Of a DNA stretch of 41,692 nt, positions 28,650 to 38,556 are shown piece after piece. The DNA comes from an uncultured Microbacteriaceae bacterium (lineage in GTDB: Bacteria > Actinomycetota > Actinomycetes > Actinomycetales > Microbacteriaceae). Made by a program: the position numbers and the translations under genes. Below the pieces are notes generated by a model. It ran no database searches. It worked only from the letters and a program-made list of their open reading frames with translations, and had not been told where the DNA came from. How positions within the stretch are numbered: position 1 is the stretch's first letter; every line of letters starts with the position of its first letter. The stretch spans positions 1 to 41,692 of the forward strand of contig CAIOGW010000099.1 in assembly GCA_903857985.1 (NCBI GenBank), written 5' to 3'.

Positions 28650-30710
28650 GAGCAGACCAGCACGATCGAGCGCCTCGACCTGCACCTGAACGAGGAAAAT
28701 GCTCTTTGATGTCGGAGCCCACTCCACCTCAATGAGCCGCTCCGGCTCGCGCATGAGCGTGGTGACATTGTTGCAGGAGGCGCGGTGCACCGAGACTCCC
28801 TGCCCGCGGGTAACGAAACCGCGAATCTCATCGCCCGGCAGGGGTGTGCAGCACTTCGCGAGCTTGACCAAAATATCGGCCGCCCCGCGCACGAGAACGC
28901 CTGAATCACTGCGACGGGTACCGCGCATGCCTCCCTTGGCAGGAATGACGATCTCCGGAGTTTCGCTGTCGATCTCTTCGGTGACGCTGAGAAGAATCTT
29001 TTCGATCACGGATTGCGACGACACATGTCCCTCGCCTACGGCTGCATAAAGAGACGTGACATCGTCGTACTTTAATAGAGCCGTCACTTCGGCCAGCGTG
29101 TCCGTTGTCATGAGACGCTGGAGGGGAAGGTTCTGCTTGCGCATGGCGCGGGCAATCATGTCACGCCCCTGTTCAACGGCCTCGTCGCGACGTTCCTTCG
29201 AAAACCACTGCTTTATCTTTGACTTGGTCCGCGTCGACGCGACAAATCCCATCCAGTCCTGACTGGGGCCAGCGTCCGGGTTCTTACTCGTCAGAATCTC
29301 GATGACGTCACCGGAAGCCACCTGGGTGTCGAGAGGGACCAATCGACCGTTGACCTTTGCCCCCATCGTGCGATGACCCACTTCGGTGTGCACAGCGTAA
29401 GCGAAGTCAACGGGCGTGGATCCCACTTGAAGTCCGATGACGCGTCCCTTCGGAGTGAAGACGTAGACCTCTTTAGTGCCGATCTCGAAGCGCAAAGAAT
29501 CTAAGAATTCGTGCGGATCGTCAGTTTCGGCCTCCCAGTCTGAAATGTGCGCCAGCCATGCCATGTCGGTATCCGACGTCGAGAGAGCGTCTGTGGCCCG
29601 ACCTCCGGCCTGCTTTGCCTTATACATCCAGTGGGCAGCCACGCCAAATTCGGCTCTCTGATGCATCTCCGGCGTACGAATCTGGATTTCGACCGGGCGG
29701 CCACCGGGCCCCATCACCGTCGTGTGCAACGACTGATACAGGTTGTACTTGGGCGTGGCGATGTAGTCCTTGAATCGGCCGGGGAGTGGGTTCCATCGAC
29801 TGTGAATTGAGCCCAAGATGCCGTAGCAGTCGCGAACCGTGGGAACGATGACGCGGATACCCACGAGGTCATAGATCTCGTCAAACTCACGGCCGCGCAA
29901 GACCATCTTTTGATAAATGGAGTAAAACTGCTTGGGGCGGCCCTGAACCTCTCCGCGGATCTTGGTGAGCCGGAGGTCGTCGCGAACCGAAGAAATCACG
30001 TCCGCCACAAATTCTTCGCGCTCGGGGGTGCGCTGCTGGACCAGATTATTGATCTCCGAGTAAATCTTGGGGTGCAGAACAGCGAAAGAAAGGTCTTCCA
30101 GCTCCCACTTCATTGACGAAATACCGAGTCGATGGGCCAGCGGAGCAAAAATGTCGAGAGTTTCACGAGCCTTGCGTTCCGCCGTCTCGGGTGCCACAAA
30201 ACCCCAAGTACGGGCGTTGTGCAGTCGATCGGCGAGTTTGATCACGAGCACGCGAATATCCCGCGACATCGCAACGATCATCTTGCGGACGGTTTCCGCC
30301 TGAGCAGATTCTCCGTAGGTTATTCGGTCAAGCTTGGTGACGCCATCGACGAGCATGGCCACCTCAGCTCCGAACGTGGCTTCAACTTCTGCCAACGAGT
30401 AGTCGGTGTCTTCTACGGTGTCGTGCAGCAGGGCGGCAACCAGCGTTTTGGCACCAATTCCGAGTTCCGCCAAAATTTGCGCCACAGCAACGGGGTGAGT
30501 GATGTACTCCTCGCCGCTCTTGCGTGTCTGTCCCTCGTGCGCACGCTTTGCGACATCGTAGGCGCGTTCCATGATCGCGATATCTGCCTTGGGATGATTG
30601 GCTCGAACCGTGCGCAGCAACTGCTCGAAGCCTCCCGAGCTCTGCGCACGCCAAAAGATTCTGGGCACCAACCGGCGCAAAGCAGTTGTTGTTGCCGGAA
30701 CTTCCGTCAT
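28452..30710 (-). CDS. relA: Bifunctional (p)ppGpp synthetase/hydrolase (RelA/SpoT homologue, Rel)
   Basis: The track ORF (to 30731) is trimmed to ATG 30710, which has a GGGAGG RBS 4-5 nt upstream, giving 752 aa. Domains are HD hydrolase (HPVAVAQILAELG, LLHDTVEDT), synthetase (YQSLHTTV, EIQIRTPEMH), TGS and a C-terminal ACT. Confidence 0.96.
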   Translation of the reverse strand: MTEVPATTTALRRLVPRIFWRAQSSGGFEQLLRTVRANHPKADIAIMERAYDVAKRAHEGQTRKSGEEYITHPVAVAQILAELGIGAKTLVAALLHDTVEDTDYSLAEVEATFGAEVAMLVDGVTKLDRITYGESAQAETVRKMIVAMSRDIRVLVIKLADRLHNARTWGFVAPETAERKARETLDIFAPLAHRLGISSMKWELEDLSFAVLHPKIYSEINNLVQQRTPEREEFVADVISSVRDDLRLTKIRGEVQGRPKQFYSIYQKMVLRGREFDEIYDLVGIRVIVPTVRDCYGILGSIHSRWNPLPGRFKDYIATPKYNLYQSLHTTVMGPGGRPVEIQIRTPEMHQRAEFGVAAHWMYKAKQAGGRATDALSTSDTDMAWLAHISDWEAETDDPHEFLDSLRFEIGTKEVYVFTPKGRVIGLQVGSTPVDFAYAVHTEVGHRTMGAKVNGRLVPLDTQVASGDVIEILTSKNPDAGPSQDWMGFVASTRTKSKIKQWFSKERRDEAVEQGRDMIARAMRKQNLPLQRLMTTDTLAEVTALLKYDDVTSLYAAVGEGHVSSQSVIEKILLSVTEEIDSETPEIVIPAKGGMRGTRRSDSGVLVRGAADILVKLAKCCTPLPGDEIRGFVTRGQGVSVHRASCNNVTTLMREPERLIEVEWAPTSKSIFLVQVQVEALDRAGLLSDVTRVLAENHVNILSATVSTTTERLALNRFVFEMSDTSHLERLLNAIRRIDGVYDAYRVSESGS

Positions 30711-30717
30711 AGCGCCT

Positions 30718-30738
30718 CCCGATAACACCATTATCGGG
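30718..30738 (-). promoter_or_regulatory. Stem-loop partly occluding the relA Shine-Dalgarno
   Basis: The minus-strand RNA is CCCGAUAA-UGGUG-UUAUCGGG followed by AGGCGCUAUG. This is a perfect 8-bp stem with a 5-nt loop. The last Gs of the 3' arm are the first Gs of the GGGAGG RBS. Confidence 0.4.
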
Positions 30739-30755
30739 GCAAAACACTTATCTCG

Positions 30756-31772
30756 TTACGCGACGACTCGCTCTTTGGCCTTTTCTTGCATCTCCAGAAG
30801 CCGCTCATCGTTCTTCTTAATCGCGGGCTCGCGCATGCGCATTCCTGCGTAGAGAGGCGCGGCCAGGAATGACGTTGAGTACGTTCCCACAACGATTCCT
30901 ACCAGGAGTGCGAGAGAAATGTCGCGCAGAGTGCCGGCACCCAAGACAAACGCACCAATGAACAGAATTGCGGCCACGGGTAATGCACCGACAACGGTTG
31001 TGTTGAGCGATCGAACGAGCGTCTGGTTCACAGCCAGGTTCACCTGCTGACCGTAGGTGAGCGACGCGTCGCGAGTTTGCCCCGTCGTGTTCTCACGAAT
31101 CTTGTCGAAGACCACCACCGTGTCGTACAGAGAGTAACCGAGAATCGTGAGAAGACCGATAACGGCTCCCGGCGTGACCTCAAAGCCAGAGATTCCATAG
31201 ATCCCCGCCGTAATGATCACGTCGTGAATCAGCGCGATGATTGCCACGAGGGACATCTTCCACGTTCGGAAATAAAGCGCGAGAACGATGCCAGCGAGAA
31301 TCAGGAAGACGATGAGGGCGCGCAGCGCTTGGGTGGTGATATCGGCACCCCATGTGGCGCCAATGAAGGACGACGTGACCTGTGTTTCGGGAACACCGTA
31401 ACCGACGGCCAGAGCAGCAGCCACCTCGTTCGTCAGTTGGTTGGTCATCTGCTCGGTCTGCACGCGCACAGAATTGCCGCCCACGATTGTTACCTTCGGC
31501 ACCATCTGAGGTTCAACCGAAGCTACGGCCTCGCTGGCAATCGACTGGCTTGGGTCGGCAACGTTGGAAACGGTGAATTCACTGCCGCCCGTGAACTCGA
31601 TTCCAAAGTTGAATGCCTTGTCTACCTGAAATCCGCCGCGCGCCAGCGGCCCGAGAATGCTCACGAGAACGAGAACGATGGAAACGAGGTACCACCAGCG
31701 TCGCAGCCCGACAAACCGAAAAGATCGAGCCCCGGAATACAGATCGTTACCGAACTGACCAAAACTTGCCAT
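30756..31772 (-). CDS. secF: Protein translocase subunit SecF
   Basis: 338 aa with multiple TM helices and a GIEFTGGSEF motif. Its ATG shares 1 nt with the secD stop (TGATG). Confidence 0.94.
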   Translation of the reverse strand: MASFGQFGNDLYSGARSFRFVGLRRWWYLVSIVLVLVSILGPLARGGFQVDKAFNFGIEFTGGSEFTVSNVADPSQSIASEAVASVEPQMVPKVTIVGGNSVRVQTEQMTNQLTNEVAAALAVGYGVPETQVTSSFIGATWGADITTQALRALIVFLILAGIVLALYFRTWKMSLVAIIALIHDVIITAGIYGISGFEVTPGAVIGLLTILGYSLYDTVVVFDKIRENTTGQTRDASLTYGQQVNLAVNQTLVRSLNTTVVGALPVAAILFIGAFVLGAGTLRDISLALLVGIVVGTYSTSFLAAPLYAGMRMREPAIKKNDERLLEMQEKAKERVVA

Positions 31773-33481
31773 CAGTCCTCACCCCGCTCTCCTGCTTCGA
31801 GAGCGGCCTTGCGCTCAGCAATGGTTTGACGCTTCGCGGCTTCCCGGCTCGCAGACTTGATTTTGGTCTCCTTAATCCCGGTGCCCGAGGCGACGCGGAA
31901 ACGACCGCGTCCCTGGTAAACGGCATTGAGGGATGCGGGGTTCAGTCCGCTGAGCGAATGGCCGGCGGCAAAGAAGTTCCGGCGAGACAATAGCTGGAGC
32001 AACGGGTGTGTAAACAGCATCACGACGACGATGTCGACGATCGTGGCGAGCCCCAGCGTTAGGGCGAATCCTCGGACGTTACCGACAGCAAGAATGAACA
32101 ACACTAACGCCGCCAAGAAGTTCACGGCGCCACTGACGAGAATCGTGCGAACAGCTCGACTCCACCCAGAATCAACGGCTGTTTCGAGGCTCCGCCCCTC
32201 GCGCAATTCGTCTCGAACCCTCTCAAAGTAAACGATAAAGGAGTCCGCTGTAATACCAATCGCCACGATCAATCCGACGACGCCCGAAAGGGACAGCCGG
32301 AAGCCCTCTTGCGCCGACAGGATCGTGATACAGAAATATGTAATGACGGCCGCCATTACTAGTGAGAGAATCGTGACGAAACCGAGGGTCCGATACTGAA
32401 TGAGCGAGTAGACGATCACGAGAGCCAGACCAATCGCACCCGCGATGAGTCCGCTCAAGAGCTGTGTGCTACCCAGCGTCGCGGAGATTGACTCAGAGCT
32501 CTCTACCTGAAAACCAATCGGCAGCGCACCGTACTTCAGCTGATCGGCCAAGGTCTTGGCCGATTCCTGGGTGAAGCCACCGGAGATCTGCGGCTTGCCA
32601 TTTGTGATGGCCGACTGCGTACTCGGTGCCGAAATGACTCGACCATCGAGCACGATGGCAAACTGGTTCTGCGCCCCGGTGAGACCCACAAGTCGAGTGG
32701 TGGTCTCGGCAAACTTCTTCGTACCCACGGCGTTGAAAACGATGTCCACGGCCCACTGACCGGTAGAAGCACCTGTTTGAGTGGTGATAACACCCGCAGA
32801 CGCATCACTGATATCACTGCCGTCCACCTCGACCGGCCCGAGGAGGTACTTCACGGTATTCCCGGGGTCACAGGTGATAAGCGGCAAATCAGCGGGAGCA
32901 GCACTGGCCTCTTGATTGTCCTCTGAAGCGCATGAGAACGCCTGATACTGAGCAGCCAAGGCTGGGGTCACCCAATTGATGTCTGATCCGTTGGAGGGGG
33001 AAATGGTTGGTGTGCTGGGAAGGTTGGGGTCGACGCTCGACGGGTCAACGATGGAGGATGTGCCGTCGGGGTTGATGACCTCGTTTGTCGGACCTGAGGT
33101 GGTCAGCACGGGCCGAAAATCAAGCTTGGCCGATGCCTCGATTCGTGCCAGCGTCTCTTTGTCGGGCGTTCCAGGAATCGAGACCACAACGTTGTTACTG
33201 CCCTGCGTGTTGATCTCAGCCTCGGAGACACCAGACGCATCTACGCGCTGACGAATGATCGCCACAGCCTGTTTGAGCTGCTCTTCCGTCACCGCTGCGT
33301 CGTTAACCTGGGGGGTCAAGACAATCTGGGTGCCTCCCTGTAGGTCAAGTGCCAACTTGGGAGCCCAAGACGCGCCAGAAAAGAGCACACCGGCTCCCGT
33401 GCCCGCAATGAGGAGACCGATGATGACCCCAAGCCAAATGAGGTTGCGCACGGCATGACGAACTTGAGCACTACGGGCCAC
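31772..33481 (-). CDS. secD: Protein translocase subunit SecD
   Basis: 569 aa. LALDLQGGTQIVL, a large periplasmic-type loop and a C-terminal 6-TM RND-like bundle. GTG start. Confidence 0.94.
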   Translation of the reverse strand: MARSAQVRHAVRNLIWLGVIIGLLIAGTGAGVLFSGASWAPKLALDLQGGTQIVLTPQVNDAAVTEEQLKQAVAIIRQRVDASGVSEAEINTQGSNNVVVSIPGTPDKETLARIEASAKLDFRPVLTTSGPTNEVINPDGTSSIVDPSSVDPNLPSTPTISPSNGSDINWVTPALAAQYQAFSCASEDNQEASAAPADLPLITCDPGNTVKYLLGPVEVDGSDISDASAGVITTQTGASTGQWAVDIVFNAVGTKKFAETTTRLVGLTGAQNQFAIVLDGRVISAPSTQSAITNGKPQISGGFTQESAKTLADQLKYGALPIGFQVESSESISATLGSTQLLSGLIAGAIGLALVIVYSLIQYRTLGFVTILSLVMAAVITYFCITILSAQEGFRLSLSGVVGLIVAIGITADSFIVYFERVRDELREGRSLETAVDSGWSRAVRTILVSGAVNFLAALVLFILAVGNVRGFALTLGLATIVDIVVVMLFTHPLLQLLSRRNFFAAGHSLSGLNPASLNAVYQGRGRFRVASGTGIKETKIKSASREAAKRQTIAERKAALEAGERGED

Positions 33482-33533
33482 GAGAAGAGGACGTCGCTTT
33501 CGTTATGAGCGGAAGGAAGGAACTGGGCCTAGC

Positions 33534-33998
33534 CTACTTGCTCGAACCGGAGGCTGGCTTTCCCGTGCTCGACGGTGACGACTTTGTCGAGGGCTTAGCC
33601 TTTGCTGCGGGCTTCTGCACGCGCTCGCCAAACTGCGGGTCAATCGCGAGCTTTCCAGATTCCTTCTCCGGGTTGAGCGCGACGTCGGCAACAGCCTTGC
33701 CTACTGACTCACCCTTGCTGGGCCCGGCGGAGGCGGAGTCAACAACACGAGCGACCACCTGACGGTGCACCGTGAGGGTTTGACCGGGCGACGTCTCGAG
33801 GACAATCTTGTTGTCAACGTCGTCAATCTTCTTGATTTTCGCGTAAAGACCGAAGTTGGTCATAACCTCGGCACCGACCTTGAGTTTCTCTTGCATTTCG
33901 AGAGCGTCGCGACGACGTTTGCGGCTGTTGCGCACCATGAAGATGACAAGCACAACAAGAACGGCACCCATGAGAAGGAGTGTCGGGTCAAAGGCCAT
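33534..33998 (-). CDS. yajC: Preprotein translocase subunit YajC with an extended low-complexity C-terminal tail
   Basis: The track ORF (to 34142) is trimmed to ATG 33998 (MAFDPTLLLMGAVLVVLVIFMVRNSRKRRR), giving 154 aa. The YajC core is LKVGAEVMTNFGLYAKIKKIDD..IVLETSPG. The last ~55 aa are rich in A, K, P and S. Confidence 0.85.
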   Translation of the reverse strand: MAFDPTLLLMGAVLVVLVIFMVRNSRKRRRDALEMQEKLKVGAEVMTNFGLYAKIKKIDDVDNKIVLETSPGQTLTVHRQVVARVVDSASAGPSKGESVGKAVADVALNPEKESGKLAIDPQFGERVQKPAAKAKPSTKSSPSSTGKPASGSSK

Positions 33999-34065
33999 GA
34001 GAGTTCCAATCGAAAAGGGGCCCACCGTGGGCGCTAATTGAGTATATGTGGGGAATGCTGTGTAT

Positions 34066-35085
34066 TTAGTCGAAGAGCGTTCCGCGCTCCGGGGGTGTCC
34101 GACCGAGATGCTCCCAGGTTGCTCGCGTCGCGACCCGCCCACGCTGAGTTCGCGCCATAAGACCCTCGCGAATCAGAAAGGGCTCAACAACGGATTCCAC
34201 GGTTTCCGTCTCCTCTCCCACCGAAACAGCAAGTGTGCCCAACCCCACGGGGCCTCCGTCAAAACGGTCAACCAGAGCAAGCAGAACAGCTCTGTCGAGT
34301 CGGTCGAGACCGCGGACGTCGACATCAAACAGGTCAAGGGCAGCCCGCGCACTCGACAGCGCGTCATCTCCCCCGTGCACGTCGGCGTAGTCACGAACCC
34401 GCCTCAGAAGCCGGTTGGCAATCCGCGGCGTGCCACGACTGCGTCGTGCAATTTCCGCGAGTGCCAGAGCAGGTAGGTCGAGTTTGAGGAGGCGTGCAGA
34501 CCGTTCGAGAACTCGCTCGAGTTCGTCCACATCGTAGAACTCGAGGTGTGCGGTAAACCCGAACCGGTCGCGAAGGGGATTGGCGAGCAATCCCGTGCGT
34601 GTGGTCGCCCCGACCAAGGTGAAAGGCGCTAGGTCTAGGGCAATTGACGTTGCACCCACGCCCTTACCCACCATGATGTCGATGCGAAAATCTTCCATAG
34701 CGAGGTAGAGCATCTCTTCAGCCGGTTTGGCCATGCGATGAATCTCGTCAATAAAGAGAATCTCTCCAGGCACCAGGGCGGAGAGCAGCGCGGCAAGATC
34801 GCCCGCGTGCGCAATTGCCGGACCGCTAGAAATTCGCAGTGACTGACCCGTTTCTTGGGCCACAATCATTGCGAGCGTTGTCTTGCCGAGCCCGGGAGGA
34901 CCCGAGAGCAAGACATGATCTGGGGTTCGCGACGCCTGAGCCGCGGCCCGCAACAAAACATCCAGCTGCGCGACGACACGCTTTTGACCAACAAACTCGT
35001 GCAGGCTCGTGGGTCGCAAGGCACTTTCAAACTGGCGCTCTGCGTCGTCGGCGGGCACCGTCGAGAAAATTATCTCTTCGCTCAC
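34066..35085 (-). CDS. ruvB: Holliday junction branch migration DNA helicase RuvB
   Basis: The track ORF (to 35190) is trimmed to GTG 35085 (GTGA overlap with the ruvA stop), giving 339 aa. [12 protein letters not shown], Walker [10 protein letters not shown], Walker B LFIDEIHR, and [15 protein letters not shown] motifs. Confidence 0.96.
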   Translation of the reverse strand: MSEEIIFSTVPADDAERQFESALRPTSLHEFVGQKRVVAQLDVLLRAAAQASRTPDHVLLSGPPGLGKTTLAMIVAQETGQSLRISSGPAIAHAGDLAALLSALVPGEILFIDEIHRMAKPAEEMLYLAMEDFRIDIMVGKGVGATSIALDLAPFTLVGATTRTGLLANPLRDRFGFTAHLEFYDVDELERVLERSARLLKLDLPALALAEIARRSRGTPRIANRLLRRVRDYADVHGGDDALSSARAALDLFDVDVRGLDRLDRAVLLALVDRFDGGPVGLGTLAVSVGEETETVESVVEPFLIREGLMARTQRGRVATRATWEHLGRTPPERGTLFD

Positions 35086-35672
35086 GATTGCCGCGCCATC
35101 AGAGCCAGGGCATCGCGCAGAAGTTGAGACGTGGTCTTGCCCTCTGTCTCGAGTCCGTTGAGCGTCTCGCGGGCCAGTCGATCGTTCCAACCGAGGCCAA
35201 CGAGAGCCGCCACAACGGCGTCTCCGGACGTACCGCGCTCACCTGAACTGGCGCGAGACTCCCCCACCGTCACGGCATCGAGCCGACCCGCGAGCTGCAC
35301 GCAGATAAGTTTTGCCGTCTTTGGTCCGATGCCCGACACGCGCGTGAATGCTTTGTCGTCGTCGTTAGCCACAGCGTCAAACACCTGTGCGGGTGTGAGA
35401 TGCGAGAGAACAGCGAGAGCCGAACGTGGGCCAACGCCCGTGACAGACAGGAGGGTGTCAAAAATTTGACCAGACTCACGCGACTCAAAACCGTAGAGCG
35501 TGATGGCATCTTCACGCACAATTGTCGTGACAACTAGGTGTGCATTCTCACCAACGTTCAGCGAAAGCGCGTGCTGCGGCGTTACGTACACGCCATAACC
35601 GACGCCGGAAACGTCAATCACGACGAATCCTGAATGCTGGGCCTCGATCGTGCCGCGAAGCGATGAAATCAC
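35082..35672 (-). CDS. ruvA: Holliday junction branch migration complex subunit RuvA
   Basis: 196 aa. [10 protein letters not shown]-terminus and HhH motifs ([29 protein letters not shown]). Confidence 0.94.
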   Translation of the reverse strand: MISSLRGTIEAQHSGFVVIDVSGVGYGVYVTPQHALSLNVGENAHLVVTTIVREDAITLYGFESRESGQIFDTLLSVTGVGPRSALAVLSHLTPAQVFDAVANDDDKAFTRVSGIGPKTAKLICVQLAGRLDAVTVGESRASSGERGTSGDAVVAALVGLGWNDRLARETLNGLETEGKTTSQLLRDALALMARQS

Positions 35673-35682
35673 GAAGGAAAGA

Positions 35683-36273
35683 CTATGTGGGTCGACGTGA
35701 GGTCGACGTGCGCCTCTCCGCGTCCCTCCACAATCGTTGGGCGGGGGTGAGATCTGCCACCTGTTTTACCGCTGCAGCAGTAACATGTGGCGCGGCGTCG
35801 GAATCTCCTCGCCAGGCAGAGCATATGGCCAAGGCAAGAGCATCGGTGGCGTCCGCGAGCAGCGCGGAATCATCAAGCTTGAGAATCTGGCGCACGGAAG
35901 CAGCAACCTGAGCTTTGTTCGCCCGACCGTTGCCAGAAACTGCCGCCTTAACCTCACTCGGCGTGTGCAGAGCAACCGGAAGCGCTCGGGCACCGGCGAG
36001 TGAGAGCACAACACCGCTGGCTTGGGCTGTTCCCATGACGGTGCGCAGATTGTGCTGGGCAAAGACGCGTTCCAGGGCGATGCGGTCTGGTGAATGACGC
36101 ACGATGGCCTTCTCAATGGCCTGGTGAAGGGCATAGAGGCGATCGCTCAGTGCAGCACTCGGCGGAGTCTGAACGACGAATACGTCAACAAAGCTGACGC
36201 GTCTTCCCTGGGCGAGGTCGACAACTCCCACGCCGCATCGCGTAAGACCGGGATCGACCGCGAGGATGCGCAC
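35683..36273 (-). CDS. ruvC: Crossover junction endodeoxyribonuclease RuvC
   Basis: 196 aa, GTG start. RILAVDPGLTRCGVGVVD N-terminus and DATDALALAICSAW C-terminal catalytic Asp region. Confidence 0.94.
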   Translation of the reverse strand: MRILAVDPGLTRCGVGVVDLAQGRRVSFVDVFVVQTPPSAALSDRLYALHQAIEKAIVRHSPDRIALERVFAQHNLRTVMGTAQASGVVLSLAGARALPVALHTPSEVKAAVSGNGRANKAQVAASVRQILKLDDSALLADATDALALAICSAWRGDSDAAPHVTAAAVKQVADLTPAQRLWRDAERRTSTSRRPT

Positions 36274-36282
36274 AATCGCGAA

Positions 36283-37035
36283 CTATTCTTGCTCGAGCTC
36301 GGCGAGAACCTCGTCGCTAATGTCAAAATTGCTATAGACGTTCTGCACGTCCTCGCTGTCTTCGAGTGCCTCAATGATGCGGAAAACCTTGCGCGCAGCC
36401 TCGGCGTCAACCTGCACCTCGAGGTGGGGAACAAACTCCGAATCCGCGGAGTCGTAATCGATGTTTGCGTGCTGAAGGGCCGTGCGCACCTTCACCAGGT
36501 CAGCAGTGTCGGTGATGATCTCGAACGTGCCCCCGTGGTGGGAAACGTCCTCTGCTCCGGCATCGAGGACGGCCCCGAGCACATCGTCTTCGGTCACTTC
36601 GCCGCTCACCCGAATGACACCTTTGCGCGCAAAGTTGTAGGCAACGCTGCCCGGATCCGCCATCGTGCCGCCGCTGCGGGACATCGCTGTTCGCACCTCT
36701 GCCGCGGCCCGATTCTTGTTGTCGGTCAGACACTCGATCAGCAGAGCCACGCCGCTGGGGCCGTAGCCCTCGTACATGATCGTGAAGTACTCGATGGCGT
36801 CGCCGGTAAGCCCCGCACCGCGCTTAACGGCTCGATCGATGTTGTCGTTGGGAACACTCGACTTCTTTGCCTTCTGAACGGCGTCCACCAGCGTGGGGTT
36901 ACCGCTCATGTCGGCGCCGCCCAATGGTGCGGCGACCTCCATGTTCTTGATCAGCTTGGCGAACGACTTGGCGCGGCGAGCGTCGATGACGGCCTTTTTG
37001 TGCTTCGTGGTCGCCCATTTGGAGTGTCCGGACAT
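36283..37035 (-). CDS. yebC: YebC/PmpR family DNA-binding transcriptional regulator
   Basis: The track ORF (to 37200) is trimmed to ATG 37035 ([23 protein letters not shown], the invariant YebC N-terminus), giving 250 aa. Confidence 0.94.
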   Translation of the reverse strand: MSGHSKWATTKHKKAVIDARRAKSFAKLIKNMEVAAPLGGADMSGNPTLVDAVQKAKKSSVPNDNIDRAVKRGAGLTGDAIEYFTIMYEGYGPSGVALLIECLTDNKNRAAAEVRTAMSRSGGTMADPGSVAYNFARKGVIRVSGEVTEDDVLGAVLDAGAEDVSHHGGTFEIITDTADLVKVRTALQHANIDYDSADSEFVPHLEVQVDAEAARKVFRIIEALEDSEDVQNVYSNFDISDEVLAELEQE

Positions 37036-37045
37036 GCCAGCAATT

Positions 37046-37660
37046 CTACGCGTGCGCCGGGGCGAGCGTGTCGGCGACGAGCCCGACAAAGTAGCGGTGA
37101 AAAGCCAGATCCCCTGAGATCTCCGGGTGAAACGAAATGCCGACGATGTTGCCCTGTTGCACCGCGACGATGCGGCCGTCATCCAGGGTGGCGAGGACAC
37201 GAACGTCGGGCCCCACCTGCTCGACGATAGGCGCCCGGATGAAGGCGGCCTCGACGAGATCTGGCGAAACTTCTGGTGCCCTCAGTGTTGTCTCAAAGGA
37301 TTCGACCTGTGAGCCAAACGCGTTTCGACGCACGGTCACGTCAAGGCCGCCCAGCGTCTGCTGGTCGTGCGTCGCGTCGCTCAGCCGATCGCTGATCATA
37401 ATCAGCCCCGCACACGTGCCAAAGACCGGCATGCCGAGGGAAATGCGCGCGCGAAGTGGATCGCGCATGGCAAAAATACGCGTGAGTTTGTCGATAACAG
37501 TCGATTCACCGCCGGGAATAATGAGACCGTCGACCGTCTCGAGCTCGGCAGTCGTTCGCACCTGTGTGTGCGGAACGCCCAGAGTGTCGAGCACACGTTC
37601 GTGTTCGCGCACATCGCCCTGAAGGGCGAGTACGCCAATGAGTGGAGAACTACCAGCCAC
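37046..37660 (-). CDS. pdxT: Pyridoxal 5'-phosphate synthase glutaminase subunit PdxT
   Basis: The track ORF (to 37744) is trimmed to GTG 37660 ([20 protein letters not shown]), which overlaps the pdxS stop by 11 nt, giving 204 aa. GTCAG catalytic Cys and FHPE motifs. The exact start is uncertain. Confidence 0.9.
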   Translation of the reverse strand: MAGSSPLIGVLALQGDVREHERVLDTLGVPHTQVRTTAELETVDGLIIPGGESTVIDKLTRIFAMRDPLRARISLGMPVFGTCAGLIMISDRLSDATHDQQTLGGLDVTVRRNAFGSQVESFETTLRAPEVSPDLVEAAFIRAPIVEQVGPDVRVLATLDDGRIVAVQQGNIVGISFHPEISGDLAFHRYFVGLVADTLAPAHA

Positions 37661-38555
37661 GTTCGGAGAGTCGATGTGGCGCCGGCAGGTCGGACACGTT
37701 GATGCCGACCATTGCCTCACCCAAGCCACGCGAGGCGTCGGCAACAGCGTTGGCGTCGTTGAAGAACGTAGTTGCTTTCACTATGGCAGCAGCCCGTTCA
37801 GCCGGATTTCCCGACTTGAAGATTCCCGAGCCCACGAATACTCCATCGGCACCGAGCTGCATCATCATGGCAGCGTCGGCGGGGGTTGCCACGCCTCCCG
37901 CGGTGAAGAGAACCACGGGAAGTGCACCGGTTCGCGCAACTTCCTGCACGAGGGCGAAAGGTGCTTGTAGCTCCTTGGCGGCCACATAAAGTTCATCTTC
38001 AGACATTGACGACAGTGCGCGGATTTCGCCCTTGATCTTGCGAATGTGCTTGGTGGCCTCGGAGACGTCTCCGGTGCCCGCCTCGCCCTTGGAGCGAATC
38101 ATTGCCGCTCCCTCGTTGATGCGCCTCAAGGCCTCGCCAAGATTCGTCGCGCCACAGACAAACGGCACGGTGAATTTCCACTTATCAATGTGGTTAACGT
38201 AGTCGGCCGGGCTCAGCACTTCCGACTCATCGATGTAGTCGACTTTAAGAGTTTCGAGAATCTGGGCCTCCACGAAGTGACCAATGCGGGCCTTCGCCAT
38301 GACAGGAATCGACACCGTGTCGATGATGCCCTGAATGAGGTCAGGGTCGCTCATACGCGCCACGCCACCCTGCGCGCGAATGTCGGCGGGAACACGCTCG
38401 AGCGCCATGACGGCAACGGCTCCGGCGTCTTCGGCAATCTTGGCCTGCTCGGCGGTGACCACGTCCATGATGACGCCGCCCTTGAGCATTTCGGCGAGTC
38501 CGCGCTTGACGCGGTCAGTACCGATTTCGGGGTTTGACTTAGCCATGTTTTTCAC
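37650..38555 (-). CDS. pdxS: Pyridoxal 5'-phosphate synthase lyase subunit PdxS
   Basis: 301 aa. [39 protein letters not shown] and [13 protein letters not shown]. By eye it is near-collinear with mycobacterial PdxS. The start is GTG 38555 or ATG 38546. Confidence 0.96.
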   Translation of the reverse strand: MKNMAKSNPEIGTDRVKRGLAEMLKGGVIMDVVTAEQAKIAEDAGAVAVMALERVPADIRAQGGVARMSDPDLIQGIIDTVSIPVMAKARIGHFVEAQILETLKVDYIDESEVLSPADYVNHIDKWKFTVPFVCGATNLGEALRRINEGAAMIRSKGEAGTGDVSEATKHIRKIKGEIRALSSMSEDELYVAAKELQAPFALVQEVARTGALPVVLFTAGGVATPADAAMMMQLGADGVFVGSGIFKSGNPAERAAAIVKATTFFNDANAVADASRGLGEAMVGINVSDLPAPHRLSERGW

Positions 38556-38556
38556 A

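Noticed and set aside
34013-34046. Small hairpin GCCCA-CGG-UGGGC followed by CCCUUUUCG after ruvB, and a TATACT hexamer (plus-strand 34041-34046) that could be a yajC -10 box
   Set aside because: The stem has only 5 bp with a 3-nt loop and a short U-run. It lies downstream of the candidate -10, so its role (terminator versus 5' UTR structure) is ambiguous. This is too weak to call as a feature.
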